From: Eledone cirrhosa
Lineage: Eukaryota
Reading direction: 5' to 3'
Length of the DNA: 64,000 nt
NCBI GenBank assembly: GCA_964016885.1
Contig: OZ024759.1
Location: 16,182,001-16,246,000, forward strand
Within the stretch, counting starts at the first letter, position 1. Every line of letters begins with the position of its first letter. Shown one piece after another: positions 13,040 to 26,115 of the stretch. The notes below the pieces were generated by a model, which saw only the letters and a program-made list of their open reading frames with translations, ran no database searches and had not been told where the DNA came from. The translations under genes were made by a program, and so were the position numbers.

Positions 13040-13370
13040 TCCTTATTGCATGCAAGTAATTGAGGATGGTTATTTTTCGATGCTCCAAGCACTTTGGAGA
13101 GTTGGTGTGATGTCTGGCGTGGGTCGGCTTCCACCAGCCCCCACAATTGCTCGTCATTGAAGTCGGATGGAGATCCTACACAAGGTCAATCTTCTAGGCT
13201 ATAATTCACCAGAATGGAAGCATGTGAACTAGTCACTGACACTGCATTCAGACATGGTGTAAAGTAAACAGCTACGAATAAACGATTTGGATAGATCCAT
13301 GTAGCTTCTTCTTTGACAGCATAACAGGAAATGAGAAGCGCATACCAAATTCACTTCCTGTATATGTACA
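13040..13370 (-). mobile_element. Degenerate mariner transposase N-terminal HTH fragment
   Basis: Minus strand YSLED*PCVGSPSDFNDEQLWGLVEADPRQTSHQLSKVLGAS..TILNYLHAI. Confidence 0.7.
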
Positions 13371-13483
13371 CATGCACAAACTTCATCATTTTTTAGAAAA
13401 CTCAACCAAAATACCTCCTTTTGAAAAAAGGCAGGAACTTTCTGTCCAACCCAATATAAGAGAAACTACAAAACACTACTTAC

Positions 13484-13556
13484 GTCCGTACCAATGATCT
13501 GTTCAGCTTGTGAGTGAGTATAGATATATTCATATAAACAGTAATGCTGGAATAAT
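13484..13556 (-). CDS. CABCOCO1: CABCOCO1-like exon (T-LFQHYCLYEYIYTHSQAEQIIGTD)
   Basis: ttctttctag acceptor, GAC|GTAAGT donor, 73 nt, phase 2-0; LFQHYxLY is characteristic of the CLAMP/C1a-32 domain. Confidence 0.92.
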
Positions 13557-14079
13557 CTAGAAAGAAAAAAGAAAAATGACAGCAAAAATCAACAAAATCC
13601 AACCAAGTCGACATAGAAATGTGGACAAAAAAATTATGATGATGTGATATGATATACATGTGCACACGCGCACACACACACACACACAGATACACACACA
13701 GACACACAAACTCTTTCTGAACTCTCTTCAAACTCTCTCCAAACTCTCTCTCTGAACTCTCTCTGAATTCTCTCTCTCTCTCCCTCTTTGAACTCTCTCT
13801 CTCTCTGTGAACTCTCTCTTTCTCTCTCTGAACTCTCTCTCAAACTCTGAACTCTCTGTCTCTCCAAACTCTCTCTCCCTCTGAATTCTCCATTTCCTGA
13901 AGAAGGACTTATGACCGTAATGTCTGACCCTCTTCTACTACTTTCTAAGCATGATATTAATTAAACTTTGTGTCTGTCTTGTCATTTCTCGATTGTTCTC
14001 AAGGTTGTCACATTAAAATATATGTGAATTACTGTCATAATGTTGACAAATTTTGAGGAATAAATTTTATGTTGCTCAA

Positions 14080-15004
14080 CCATTTAGCATTTACATTACT
14101 CTATATTTACTATTGTATTTTCACAGCAAAGGCTTTACCTCACATAATATATCACATAACATTTACATTACTCTATATTTACTATTGTATTTTCACAGCA
14201 AAGGCTTTACCTCACATAATATATCACATAACGTTTACATTACTCTATATTTACTATTGTATTTTCACAGCAAAGGCTTTACCTCACATAATATCTCACA
14301 TAACGTTTACATTACTCTATATTTACTATTGTATTTTCACAGCAAAGGCTTTACCTCACATAATATATCACATAACATTTACATTACTCTATATTTACTA
14401 TTGTATTTTCACAGCAAAGGCTTTACCTCACATATCTCACATAACGTTTACATTACTCTATATTTACTATTGTATTTTCACAGCAAAGGCTTTACCTCAC
14501 ATAATATCTCACATAACGTTTACATTACTCTATATTTACTATTGTATTTTCACAGCAAAGGCTTTACCTCACATAATATATCACATAACATTTACATTAC
14601 TCTATATTTACTATTGTATTTTCACAGCAAAGGCTTTACCTCACATAATATCTCACATAACGTTTACATTACTCTATATTTACTATTGTATTTTCACAGC
14701 AAAGGCTTTACCTCACATAATATCTTGCATAACATTTACATTACTCTATATTTACTATTGTATTTTCACAGCAAAGACTTTACCTCACATAATATATCAC
14801 ATAACATTTACATTATTCTATATTTACTATTGTATTTTCACAGCAAAGGCTTTATCCCACATAATATCGAATCTATGAGATTTTGATATTATTTATTTTG
14901 AGAACGATACCTTAACATCAGTATGAGCAGCTGGTTACAGTCGGTTTGAACAGAAAGAGGTGAGAGAATTCTGGCCGGATATGGCCGGTTTAAATGCTAA
15001 AGGG
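14080..15004. mobile_element. piggyBac-type MITE with internal 72-bp unit amplified 11 times
   Basis: Termini CCATTTAGCATTTA...TAAATGCTAAAGGG+TTAA; unexpanded copies at 18296-18513 and 33789-33996. Confidence 0.9.
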
Positions 15005-15090
15005 TTAAGCCTGCTCAGTCTTGTTGTCCAAGATTTTGTAGTTTCTGGAATATTCACATCTCAATATCAAACATTTTGAAACAACCTGTG

Positions 15091-15121
<31 letters not shown>

Positions 15122-15124
15122 ACA

Positions 15125-15322
15125 CAAGGGTCGGCTGAAAGGTTCATAGGCTGACTATGAAGGGTTGATGCTAGTGCTGTGAAATCTTGCATACATTAAT
15201 TTCAACTCTTCTTATTAATAACTGCATTTGTTTCTTCCAGGGACTATGTTGAAAAATAAACCTAATTTGGTCATTCCATGAGAGTATCTTGGTCAGTCTA
15301 TGAACTCTTCAGCTGACCCTCG
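15125..15322. mobile_element. Tc1/mariner-type MITE
   Basis: TIRs CAAGGGTCGGCTGAAAGGTTCATAG / CTATGAACTCTTCAGCTGACCCTCG followed by TA. Confidence 0.75.
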
Positions 15323-15435
15323 TAATCATTATCATCACCGTTCATTGCCTATTTTCCAAGGCTGTGGTGCTATTTTACTATTTTAAGATCACTTGAAATG
15401 TAAAATGCTTGATTTAAGGTTCAAATTTCACTCAC

Positions 15436-15583
15436 GTTGCTTGAAAATATTCTACGATACTTTTGGCAGCATTCAAATTAAAAAAGATCATTCCTCCATT
15501 CTCGTTTAAAATATCTGAAACTGCAATGCCAGCCAAATATTTCCGGAGTTCCTGTAAATTGGCTCCAATTGAGAAATGTTTGT
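15436..15583 (-). CDS. CABCOCO1: CABCOCO1-like exon (DKHFSIGANLQELRKYLAGIAVSDILNENGGMIFFNLNAAKSIVEYFQA)
   Basis: ttccag acceptor, AC|GTGAGT donor, 148 nt, phase 1-2, in frame with both neighbours. Confidence 0.9.
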
Positions 15584-15714
15584 CTGGAATATACCAGAAA
15601 TAAAAATGTCAAGTAAAAAGAACAACAGAAGCAGCAGTGACAACAAGAACTATTTTAACCGTTTTGTTACCATATTTCTAATGAAAGACACTGCCAATGA
15701 TTTTCAAATAATTT

Positions 15715-16212
15715 TGAGTGGGTAGACCAAGAAAAACCTGGGACAAGGTGATAAAAACTGAACTTGTTCACTTACTCTTCTCTAAGACAATGTCACTAGA
15801 TCGAGATCTTTGGCGCTATGCAGTTATACAGAAGACCTGCCTTCCTTGCATACAAACTTAAACCCACAGTCAGTAACCACCTATTAACCCAATGAACACC
15901 CCCACCCTACACACCTACTCCATCCTCCAATTTTCGTCCACTGTAAAGTGGTCGTGTAAGTAACACAACAAAAAGCACCTAGTCCACACTGTAAGGTGAT
16001 CGTGTAGGAGACACAGTAAAATGGCCCCCAGTCCACACTGTAAATGTGGTTGATGTTAGAAAGGGCATCCAGCCATAGAACATCTGCCAGAGACAGTTCT
16101 GTATGAGTGAGACACAGTCTCCCAACCAATCTCGCCTCAAGTGGGACAAAACCGTCCAACCTATGCTAGCATGGAAGATGGACATTAAATGATGATGATG
16201 ATGATGATGAAT
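15715..16212 (+). mobile_element. 3' fragment of RTE family A (same as 5630-6600)
   Basis: GRPRKTWD...WRYAVIQKT, then the same 3' region and (GAT)n tail. Confidence 0.8.
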
Positions 16213-16516
16213 CAAGAATTTGAAGAAATTTATTATTTATTTAGTATATAATGTAAAGATGCTTACAGAAAATTATGATGGAAGGTTTTTAGATAAATAT
16301 ATAAACACTTTAACCCTTTTGCTACCATATTTCTAATGAAAATAATCAAGAATTCGGAAGGATTTAGTAATATAACTATATTTCTATTATTTAGCTGGTG
16401 GATTGGCAGTATCAGTAGAGCATCAGACACCATGCTTTGCACCATAGAGTTACGGCCCTTTGCGGTCTGAGTTCAAATCCCGCCGAGGTTAACTTTGCCT
16501 TTCATCGTTATGAGGT

Positions 16517-17313
16517 CATAATCTGACTGGGAAGGAGTGATGCAAGAGCTGTGAAATCTTGCATGTATTAATTTCAACTCTTCTTATTAATAACTGCAGT
16601 GTTTCTTTCCAGGGACTATGTTGAAAAATAAACATCATTTGGTCATTCCAAGACAGTATCTTGGTCAGCCTATGGAGGAGTGATGCTAGAGCTGTGAAAT
16701 CTTGCATGCATTAATTTCAATTCTGCTTATAACTGCATTGTTTCTTTCCAGAGACTATGTAGAAAAATAAACCTTATTTTGTCATTCCAAGACAGTATCT
16801 TGGTCAGCCTATGGAGGAGTGATGCTAGAGCTGTGAAATCTTGCATGCATTAATTTCAACTCTCCTTACTAATAACTGCATTGTTTCTTTCCAGGGACTA
16901 TGTTGAAATATAAACCTCATTTGGTCATTCCAAGAGAGTATCTTGGTCAGCCTATGGATGAGTGGTGTTAGAGCTGTGAAATCTTGCATGCATTAATTTC
17001 AACTCTTCTCATTAATAACTGCATTGTTTCTTTCCAGAGACTATGTTGAAAAATAAACATCATTTGGATGTCATCAAGGATGATCTCTAGAGGCTCGACA
17101 TCATCTTGGGAGATACAGAGAGGTTGGCATGAGACTGCCAGCGATGGAGGACAAAAGTGGACCTGATCAGCTCTACGCATGATGATGCTTCAGACCACTG
17201 ACCTGAGATGACCCCAGTCTCATCTCATTGAGCAGAAGCAAGAAGAAGAAGGAGAAAAAATGGTCATTCCATGAGTGTATCTTGGTCAACCTATGAATGT
17301 TTCAGCTGACCCT
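16517..17313. mobile_element. Second copy of the mariner-type MITE, with ~140-bp interior repeated ~4 times and an inserted LINE-tail fragment (~17066-17260)
   Basis: Repeated GCTGTGAAATCTTGCATG..TTGGTCAGCC; right TIR CAGCTGACCC. Confidence 0.75.
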
Positions 17314-17329
17314 TGAAAATAGGACAAAC

Positions 17330-17499
17330 CTTTGACGTTGCTCAGCAGATCATAAAGTAAAGAGAAGAAGCCAGAAAACTGTTCATTGCTATAAGATTGA
17401 CTGTGAGCCCAGTAAATTCCTGCCACAAAATAATCCAGCATTACGGCTTCTTTCAGGTCCACAGACGGTTGAATCAAGTTGAGAAATGTTATCATCTCT
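17330..17499 (-). CDS. CABCOCO1: CABCOCO1-like exon (EMITFLNLIQPSVDLKEAVMLDYFVAGIYWAHSQSYSNEQFSGFFSLLYDLLSNVK)
   Basis: ttttcccag acceptor, G|GTTTGT donor, 170 nt, phase 2-1; resembles the recalled motif LKDAILLDYYVSGFLWA of CABCOCO1. Confidence 0.92.
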
Positions 17500-17584
17500 C
17501 TGGGAAAATGTTAAAAAGAAACAAAAAATTGAAAGTAAGTTAGCTTACTGCAAGTTACTTGCTACACACACACAAGTTTAGTTA

Positions 17585-18168
17585 TTAACCTGTTGACTGC
17601 CACATATATTTTACACAGCTACAGTTGCTGTTCCAGGTTTTTTTCTCAGTAAAATGACTATTTTTTTAAACAAACATTTATTAACAACTCATATCTGAAT
17701 GAATGACAAATGTCACATCAATAAACTAGTAGCCCCATCTAGCTTTGAAGTTATGAACTGTTGGAAAAAAAGTTCATAGCTTTGAAGGTATGAGCTGTTG
17801 GAAAAGAGTTCATAACTTTGAAGGTATGAACTGTTGGAAAAGAGTTCATAACTTTGAAGGTATATATACCCAAATTGCTCGACTGTTCAACCTCTTCAGT
17901 ATCGTAGCCGATATAACTTGTCCTAACATGTTTGAGCTCTTTTCAACAGTTCATAACTTTGAAGTTATGAACTGTTGGAAACAAGTTCATAACTTCGAAG
18001 TTATGAACTGTTAGAAAAGAGTTCATAACTTTGAAGTTATGGACTGTTGGAAAAGAGTTCATAACTTTGAAGTTATGAACTGTTGAAAAGAGCTCAAACA
18101 TGTTAGGACAAGTTATATCGGCTACGATACTGAAGAGGTTGAACAGTCGAGCAATTTGGGTATATATA
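17585..18168. mobile_element. TTAA-bounded (piggyBac-like) element with 33-bp hairpin repeats and an inverted duplication of its right end
   Basis: Left end TTAACCTGTTGACT; related copy at 37530-37809 is bounded by TTAA at both ends. Confidence 0.7.
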
Positions 18169-18295
18169 AAACCACTATAGATGGTAAAAACTAGAAAGAG
18201 TCACTTGTGGAAATACAACTCAAACATGCTGTATGCTGGACAGCTGTGTTACCGTTACACCAATGCAAGACTGACCACTTAACAGTCATTTTTAA

Positions 18296-18513
18296 CCCTT
18301 TAGCATTTACATTACTCTATATTTATTATATTTTCATGGTAAAGGCTTTACCTTACATAATTATCTCACATAATATCAAATCTACGAGATTTTGATATTA
18401 TTTCTTTTGAGAAAAATACCTTAACATCAGTATGAACTGCTGGTTATAGCCAGTTTGAGCAGAAAGAGGTGAGAAAATTCTGGCCAGATATAGCCAGTTT
18501 AAATGCTAAAGGG
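18296..18513. mobile_element. piggyBac-type MITE (also 33789-33996, 47213-47767, partial at ~37971)
   Basis: TTAA TSD, TIR CCCTTTAGCATTTA. Confidence 0.92.
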
Positions 18514-18783
18514 TTAAGCCTTATCTATCATCTAAGAGATGTAAACAGAAAATTCATTTTACAAATAATTGAGTGAATTTGAATTTTTAAAAGTATGTTA
18601 GCTTATTCTAGAAAGTATGTTTGACTATAAAATAGTTGAACAAGTCGGGAATATAAATCCTAAGACATGGAGAAAAGTGGACAGAGTCACTTGTGGAAAT
18701 ATATACAACTCACGCCTGCTGCATGTATGCTGGACAACTATCTTACCATTACACCAAGAGTGAATTAAAATTTTTTGCAAGTA

Positions 18784-18821
<38 letters not shown>

Positions 18822-18957
18822 CACACACACACATATATCTAATACATATAGCAAGAGAGAGAGAAAGTGAGAGAATGGAGGCATAAGATAGAGAGAGAAA
18901 AAGAGAAACAGTTTCGAGAAGGAGTTTCAAGAAGTGCTGTGGAGAAAAAGAACTCAC

Positions 18958-19055
18958 TTTTCTACATCCGCCAAGGGAGATTTCAACAGAAACTGTGTCA
19001 TTTCATAATTAATGTATCGGTAAGCCTGCCAAGTATTGGCAGCTGGTAAGTCATT
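18958..19055 (-). CDS. CABCOCO1: CABCOCO1-like exon (NDLPAANTWQAYRYINYEMTQFLLKSPLADVE-K)
   Basis: AA|GTGAGT donor, phase 2, matches next exon; acceptor either AAG at 19056-19058 or an internal CAG near 19043. Confidence 0.8.
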
Positions 19056-19179
19056 CTTGAGAGAAGAAACAAGAATGAAAAACAGGGAAAAAATCATGAG
19101 CAAACACTTCAGACTTTTGGATATTTGGTTATTTGGTTGGTCATGAAAAGAATAAGGGAAATATAGATAAGGAAAATAG

Positions 19180-19218
<39 letters not shown>

Positions 19219-19619
19219 AAGTTCTAAGTATGGAATGGAGACCTGTTGATAACGTGAGTCCACGTTTCGGTCTTCAAATGACAGAAACTTGCATATTACG
19301 CAAGTTAGATTGTTGATTTTGGATTCACAGAAACCAATCGAGGATATTGTATAATATCCTTCGATATGGTCGAGGTTTGTTATTTAACCTGATTGTATTT
19401 TTGTTGTTGTAGTGGCTTTTGTGGCTTTGTCCCCTTAACCATAGTTTTCAATTTGTCACACCTTTTAACGTATGTTTATTACTCTAAGATGCAACTTATC
19501 GATTTATCGATATCTTCTTATTGAGTGCTTCGTGCAAAGCTCCAAATTTTATTTCTTTCGTGGATGCTGGCTGAATGCGGCAATTTTGATTTTACTAACT
19601 TCCACTCTTATATATATAT

Positions 19620-19686
<67 letters not shown>

Positions 19687-19935
19687 TCATCATCATCATC
19701 ACTGTTTAGCATCCATATCATCATCATCATCATCATCATTTTTCATCTGCTTTTTGGATTGGCAGTATCGGTAGAGGATCGGATGCCATGCTTTGATGCA
19801 TAGAGTTACGGCCCTTGTCATTCTGAGTTCAAATCCCGCTGAGGTTAACTTTGCCTTTCATCCTTACGGGGTCAATAAAATAAAGTACCAGTAATGTACT
19901 GGGATAATTGCTGGCCTTGTGCCAAAAGTAGAAAC

Positions 19936-19992
<57 letters not shown>

Positions 19993-20088
19993 CATATTAT
20001 CATTATATTATATTAATCATCTTCATCATTGTTTAACGTCCATCTTCCATGCTAGCATGGGTTAGACGGGTTTGTCCCATTTAGAGGC

Positions 20089-20121
<33 letters not shown>

Positions 20122-20576
20122 TATATATATAATATATAAGGGAACATAGAATCAGTGTTGCGTCATATACATATTTAATTACATATTACATGTGTTTCAC
20201 TGTCGTTCAGCTTGAGGAATGATCGATCAATGATCGATCCTGATTCTGGAATCAGAAGCTCCTCAGAATTGTGTTCACATGTAGACTCGCACCTCTTGAT
20301 CGACAGTGAAACACATGTAATATGTAATTAAATATGTATATGATGCAACACTGATTCTTTGGTCCCTTATATATTATTATTATTGATACTCTGCTCCCCA
20401 AGAGCACAGAGTGCTCATCTTGGCATACTGCCTATATACACAATTAATTTGCGCCTCTAATACCTATATATATATATATGTGTGTGTGTGTAAAAGGTAA
20501 ACAGAAATAACAACACAATCAGTACAGTATATGGAAGGAATATATTAGGTTAACACTTGAAATAGCAAGAAGAGGG

Positions 20577-20612
20577 TCTTAACGTTTCAGATGCTAGTCC
20601 TTCATCAGAAGA
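20577..20612 (-). ncRNA. Decayed minimal hammerhead (same family as 28125)
   Basis: TCTT-CTGATGAA-GGAC(tagc)ATCT-GAAACGTT-AAGA; stem II mutated. Confidence 0.55.
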
Positions 20613-20707
20613 AAGAATGAGAAATAAGGGACAGGTGGGGTGGAATTGGAAAAAAATGTCTTTAGATAAAAATAACAGGTCCATTCATGTTGACATATCT
20701 TGGAAAT

Positions 20708-21078
20708 ATCATCCTCATCATCATCATCATTTTACGTCCGCTTTACCCTGCTTGCAAGGGTGGGCCGGGAACTGATTCTGGCTTGATTTCTACAGCTGGA
20801 TGCCCTGCCTAACACCAACCTCATTTACAGTGAGTGCTGGGTGCTTTTTTTCCGTGGCGCCTACACGTCCACTTTACAGTGAGTGCTGGGTGCTTTTTTG
20901 CTGTGGCACCTCCACGACCACTTTGCAGTGGAATGATAGGGACCCCAGTCCTATCATCTCATTTCTACAGCTGAGTAAGCTGGAGCAATGTGAAATAAAG
21001 TGTCTTGCTCAAGGAAACAGCATGTCAACCTTTTGATTGCAAGGCCAATGCTCTAACCACTTAGCCATGTGCCTCCAG
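20708..21078 (-). mobile_element. SINE family 2 (tRNA-like head, CORE-like segment, RTE-type tail); copies at 35189-35642 and 50298-50572
   Basis: CCTTGAGCAAGACACTT segment, GGCATCCAGCTGTAG segment, tail shared with RTE family B. Confidence 0.85.
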
Positions 21079-21342
21079 AAATATATATATGTAGAGAGGC
21101 AAGAGTCCCAATGAAACAGACCAAATCCCACTTTGACTAATTCTATGAAGAATAAATAAATAAATATTTACCTCAATTGATGTATCCATATACATACCCC
21201 TTTTATCATCTTGTGGAATACGATCAAACAACTAAATATAAAAAATACTCACATTTATATTATACACATGCAAGCATGGACACAAACAGATGTAAAATGA
21301 TGATGATATTGATAATGATGATATATATATGTATACACACAT

Positions 21343-21381
<39 letters not shown>

Positions 21382-21389
21382 TACGTATA

Positions 21390-23055
21390 TGATGGCTGCC
21401 CCCTCGTTATCGAGTATGGCCATTGCATGATATAACATCATTAATAGTTATCAATTAATTCTATCGTGCAATGCCTGTGAGTGAAGATATTTTTTAAAGT
21501 AAGGAAAGACTATACACTGAGCCAATCCCACACTCTGAGCGACAGTAGCTAAAACCCGAAAAGAAGAAAAGATCAACATCATCGGTTACTACTGAGCCGC
21601 AGGTTTTATGTCGGAGTTATCCCAGTTACCTGAGTTGCCTTCTCCTAGAAGAATGCCCTGACAAAGGCTAGGAGTCCTTCAATCCCAGTGGTTTAACCGC
21701 GCGAACGGGTATCCAGCCAAATTATTTCTATGTCCCCACGCAACATACGTATAAACGTACATACATGATGGCTGCAACTCAATTTCAAGTAATTCCATCA
21801 CTTGATACTTAAGCATGAACATCACGAATGTGGCTTTTTAGTCCTGCTAGGGACTTGCCCATGGCAAGCAATGCCATGCATCGCAATAAATGTCACATAT
21901 CAAACAATGCATGTGCTTGAAGCTTTTTTTTAAGTGAGGAAAGGCTTTGCACAGAGCCAATTCCACTCTCTGAACATCGAATGCATTTGCCCAAAAAGTA
22001 GAACTGGTCTACATCATTGGATGCAAATGAAGTCGCAGGTTTTATATCAGAGTGACCTTCTCCTAGAGAGATGTTTAATGAAGACTCGGATTCTCTCGCT
22101 CCACAAAAAAAAAACTTTATTGGATGGCCGTTGATTCTGCTGAGTTCCTCCGCCCTGTGATGGGTTTTGTTTTTCATCCCACAGGGTGTCCAAATTCACC
22201 CTCCTCACCAAGCAGGCTTGGTGGCATTGCCAGTTTAGTCACCAACGACCCGACCATGCACAGGTTGTACTGGGTTACATGTTACCAGTAGCGCTGAAGA
22301 GCAACCTGACACATACATTCACACGCGCGATGCTGCATGGTAGTGAGACATGGGCAGCAACTGTGGAGGATATGCGATGACTGGAGAGAAATAAAGCAAG
22401 CATGCTCCGATGGGCGTGCAATGTCAGTGTGCGTGAACGATCAAGCATAGACGAGTTGAGAGTGAAACTGTGTATAAGAGGGATAAACTGTGGACATATA
22501 ATGCACATGGAGGATGACTGCTGGGTAAAGGGGTGCCAAGAAATGGAAGGAAGACACAGTAGAGGAAGACCACGAAAATCATGGGTGGAGATGGTGAGAG
22601 CTGACCTCAGATCGCTGAAGCTCACAGAGGAGATGACGAAGGACCATGTCAAATGGAGAGATGCTGTGCTGAAAAGGACCCATCCTACCCTAGAAATCAA
22701 GGAACAGCGGATGTAAAATGATGATGATGATACATACATACATGATGGCTGCCCCCTCGTTATCGAGTATGGCCATTGCACGATATACCATTATTAATAA
22801 TTTTTAATTAATTCTATCGTGCAATGCCTGTGCGTGAAGATATTTTTTAAAGTGAGGAAAGGCTGTGCACTGAGCCAATCCCACTCTCTGAGCAACAGTA
22901 GCTATAACCCGAAAAGAAGAAAAGATCAACATCATTGGTAACTACTGAGCCGCAGGTTTTATATCGGAGTTATCCCAGTTTCTTGAGTTGCCTTCTCCTA
23001 GAAGAATGCCCTGACAAAGGCTAGGGGTCCTTCACTCCCAGTAGTTTAACTGCAC
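21390..23055. mobile_element. Cluster of (ACAT)n-associated non-autonomous retroelement copies plus an RTE-B 3' fragment (22322-22732, +)
   Basis: Repeated GATGGCTGCCCCCTCGTTATCGAGTATGGCC block (also ~53145-53753 and ~63533); LHGSETW and GRPRKSW motifs. Confidence 0.75.
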
Positions 23056-23675
23056 GGTACATGTGTATATACATATTTACACTTTTGGATGGCCGTTGAC
23101 TCTTATGAGTTCTTCTGCCCTTCCTACATACATACACTCGATTCAAGGGATGACAATTTTTCTTTTACAACCTTGCCACCAGGAAGGTGGCCAGTCAAAA
23201 ATGTACTCAAAATTAAGAAAAAGAGAAATATACATACATGCATGTATGTATATTTCTCTTTTTGTATGTATGTATATTTTCTTTAAAAATATCTTCACGC
23301 ACAGGCATTGCACGATAGAATTAATTAATAATTATTAATAATGGTATATCATGCAATGGCTATACATATATATATATATAATATACAGGTGTTTAAAAAG
23401 CCCATGTGGCTAAAAATAAATCGAATTTGAATTTTTAAAAAGGGGAGCGAGGCACACAAGACAAAGACAATGGGAAAACAAAGTCCTTTTTCTTTGGTCA
23501 ACTTCTAGAAATCACTATAGTTTCAGAGTATATCACCAAAATTCACCACTAGTCTGGTAATTTCCAGTTTTGTTGTATTTCAAAGTACATTAGAATGAAA
23601 AGTATCAACCCTAATGCACTGAAACCAAAATGATTTCCAGAGGTTGACTGATTAGAAGGGATTGTTTGTTTTTCC

Positions 23676-23756
<81 letters not shown>

Positions 23757-23897
23757 TATATCTGTGTGAAAGAAAAACAGTGGAAAGAGGTGTTGGAAAT
23801 CTATTTCGCATAGAGAGAGTGATAGAGAGAGTGAAAAAAAGAAAGAAAGAAAGAAAAGGATAAACGTATAAAGAGCTGCAAATAACATTTGTCTTAC

Positions 23898-23949
23898 CTC
23901 CTCCCCAACTGTCCCCACAATCACTCCCACTCCCACTCCAATAGAACAT
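23898..23949 (-). CDS. Candidate first exon of the CABCOCO1-like gene (MFYWSGSGSDCGDSWGG-)
   Basis: Strong GAG|GTAAGA donor; phase 1 would fit the internal CAG acceptor near 19043; no homology support. Confidence 0.3.
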
Positions 23950-25794
23950 TCATTCTTTCTACATCATTTTTTATATAGAAAACTCAGTTTTCCGAGTTTC
24001 AGATATTGGATTCAAAAACCTTTTTTTTTTTTTTCATGGAAAAATCCCGATCTCAGTGCCAAATTTTGAGATGATTTTTCTAAGATATACAAACTTAGAT
24101 AATTCAACGTTCTTTCGTTCTCGGTAGATGGCAATTTCTAGTCAATAATTTCATTATATATTCCTTTAAATAAATTATTCCTTCGTTACAATGATTTCAC
24201 TTCGTATTTTCTTTAATCATTATCATCAAATACATTCAATTTTAAACATTCTCTTTTACAAATAAACCATTAAATCATTCTGAAATTACATATACAATAT
24301 CCTAGAAAATACGTGGAAAGATACAGTGATGTCCATCCTTGTGTGTTGAGATATTTCTTTTTATTTTACTAATAAATCATTCAAAATGTACTTATACAGA
24401 TCAATCAGGTACTGTTAATTTACATTTTATTGTATACTGGCGATAGAGTAATAGATTGGAAGTATCCCTAGAGCGTCGGACAACATGCTTTGCAGAATAA
24501 AGTTACGACTCTCTAAGTTGGCAGTATCCGTATAGCGTTGGACAACATGTTTTGCAGAATGGAGTTACGACCCTCTACCGTTCTGAGTTCAGATCCCGTC
24601 GATGTTAGCTTTGCCTTTCATCCTTACGGGAAGGGGTTGGTCTATAAAATAAAGTACCAGTAATGCATTGGGGTCGATAAAATAATGCACATGGGTCGAT
24701 TTAGTGTGCCAAATGTAGAAGCAATTATATATTGGCGATTGCTTGTCTACTTAAAACGAAAGAACGCTGATATTACCGTAAGCAATCTGGCGTATGAACA
24801 AGAGGTTTAGAAGTGGAGGGAAGAATATATGTCAATATTGAGTTACCGCCCTTTACGGTCTGAGTTCCAATCCCGCCGAGGTTAACTTTGCCTTTCATCC
24901 TTACGGGGGGTCGATAGAATAAAGCACCAGTAATGTGCTGGGGTCACTTTAATCGACTTTCCTCTCCCGCAAAATTACTGGCCTTATACCTATACTTACT
25001 AATATGAATAGAAGGCGACATTTTCTCTTCTTTTTTGTTCACATACAACGAAAATGTACACCGCGGAGAGAGAAAACTCTTGAATACGCATTCAAAGAAA
25101 AAATTCTACGTCATCCTCTTATGCATACGTAATAATAGGAAACCAAACAGCAAAATGGCAGTATCGGTCGAGGGTCGGACGCCATGCTTTCCAGCATAGT
25201 TACGTCCCTTTACGATCTGAGTTCAAATCCCGCCGAGGTTGACTTTGCCTTTCATCCTTACGGGGTCGATAAAATAAAGTACCAGTAATGCACTGGATAA
25301 TTGCTGGTCTTGTGCCTAAAGTAGAAACAATTATGTAAAAACAACGCATGATTACTTCAGTATAACCTGTACGTGAATGGGTCCTGCGAGATTTTAACTG
25401 GCTGACTGGTTGGCTGGGGGAGTTTTTATTTTTTTTTTTTGGGGGGGGGGGGGTAATTTTCATCGTATCTCCTTCGCCATCGTTTGTTGGGGTGGAGGAT
25501 AACATCTCTACATGATTTAACAACTACGTTTGGTGAAAGACAGATACGAGTAAACGAAAGAACGTGACGGACAAACGTTCAGCGCTGGCTTCAGTTCTGT
25601 TGCCGTGAGGTCAGTAAATAGAGGGTGTCCACTTACAACGGGATACGTTGTAAATTAACTCCACACCATATACTTTAAAAAAAACATTTTAAAAACAGAC
25701 GAATGGCCATGCTCTTGAATATTGGGGGAAAAAAACGAGACCTATCATTGTGGAACACTCTGTGCATATATTCTTTTTCTAAGGCGGGTAAAAT

Positions 25795-26115
25795 TCCCGA
25801 GATCCATGGACGAGTTCTCTCCAGCGGTCTCTGTCCCTCATTATCGCTGCCATGTCCTGCGTCTCCAACAGACCAGTGTCTGTCCTTAGGGCATCAACAT
25901 ACGTTAACCTTGGTCTTCCTCTTCTAGTGTGTCCATGTAGGGCTCAGATGGTGGATGGGTGCTACACGAGAATGCTGAGGATGGCTCTGAACATTAATCA
26001 GTATACACTGAGGATGAAAAACTCAGAGCTGTATGGGAGCATCCCAAAAGTCAGCTCAAAAGTGACACAGAGGAGACTGAGGTTAGCTGGACATGCTCAC
26101 CGACATCCAGAGTTG
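25795..26115. mobile_element. RTE-like LINE fragment with 5' inversion
   Basis: Plus strand DGCYTRMLRMALN..RRLRLAGHAHRHPE abuts minus strand PTHGHTRRRPRLTYVD..DRDRWRELV. Confidence 0.8.

Noticed and set aside
14053-14886. 277-aa and 269-aa repetitive ORFs
   Set aside because: A 72-bp MITE-internal repeat that lacks stops; intronic and antisense to the host gene
17745-18090. CRISPR-like palindromic 33-bp repeats
   Set aside because: No unique spacers, eukaryotic context, and internal to a TTAA-bounded element
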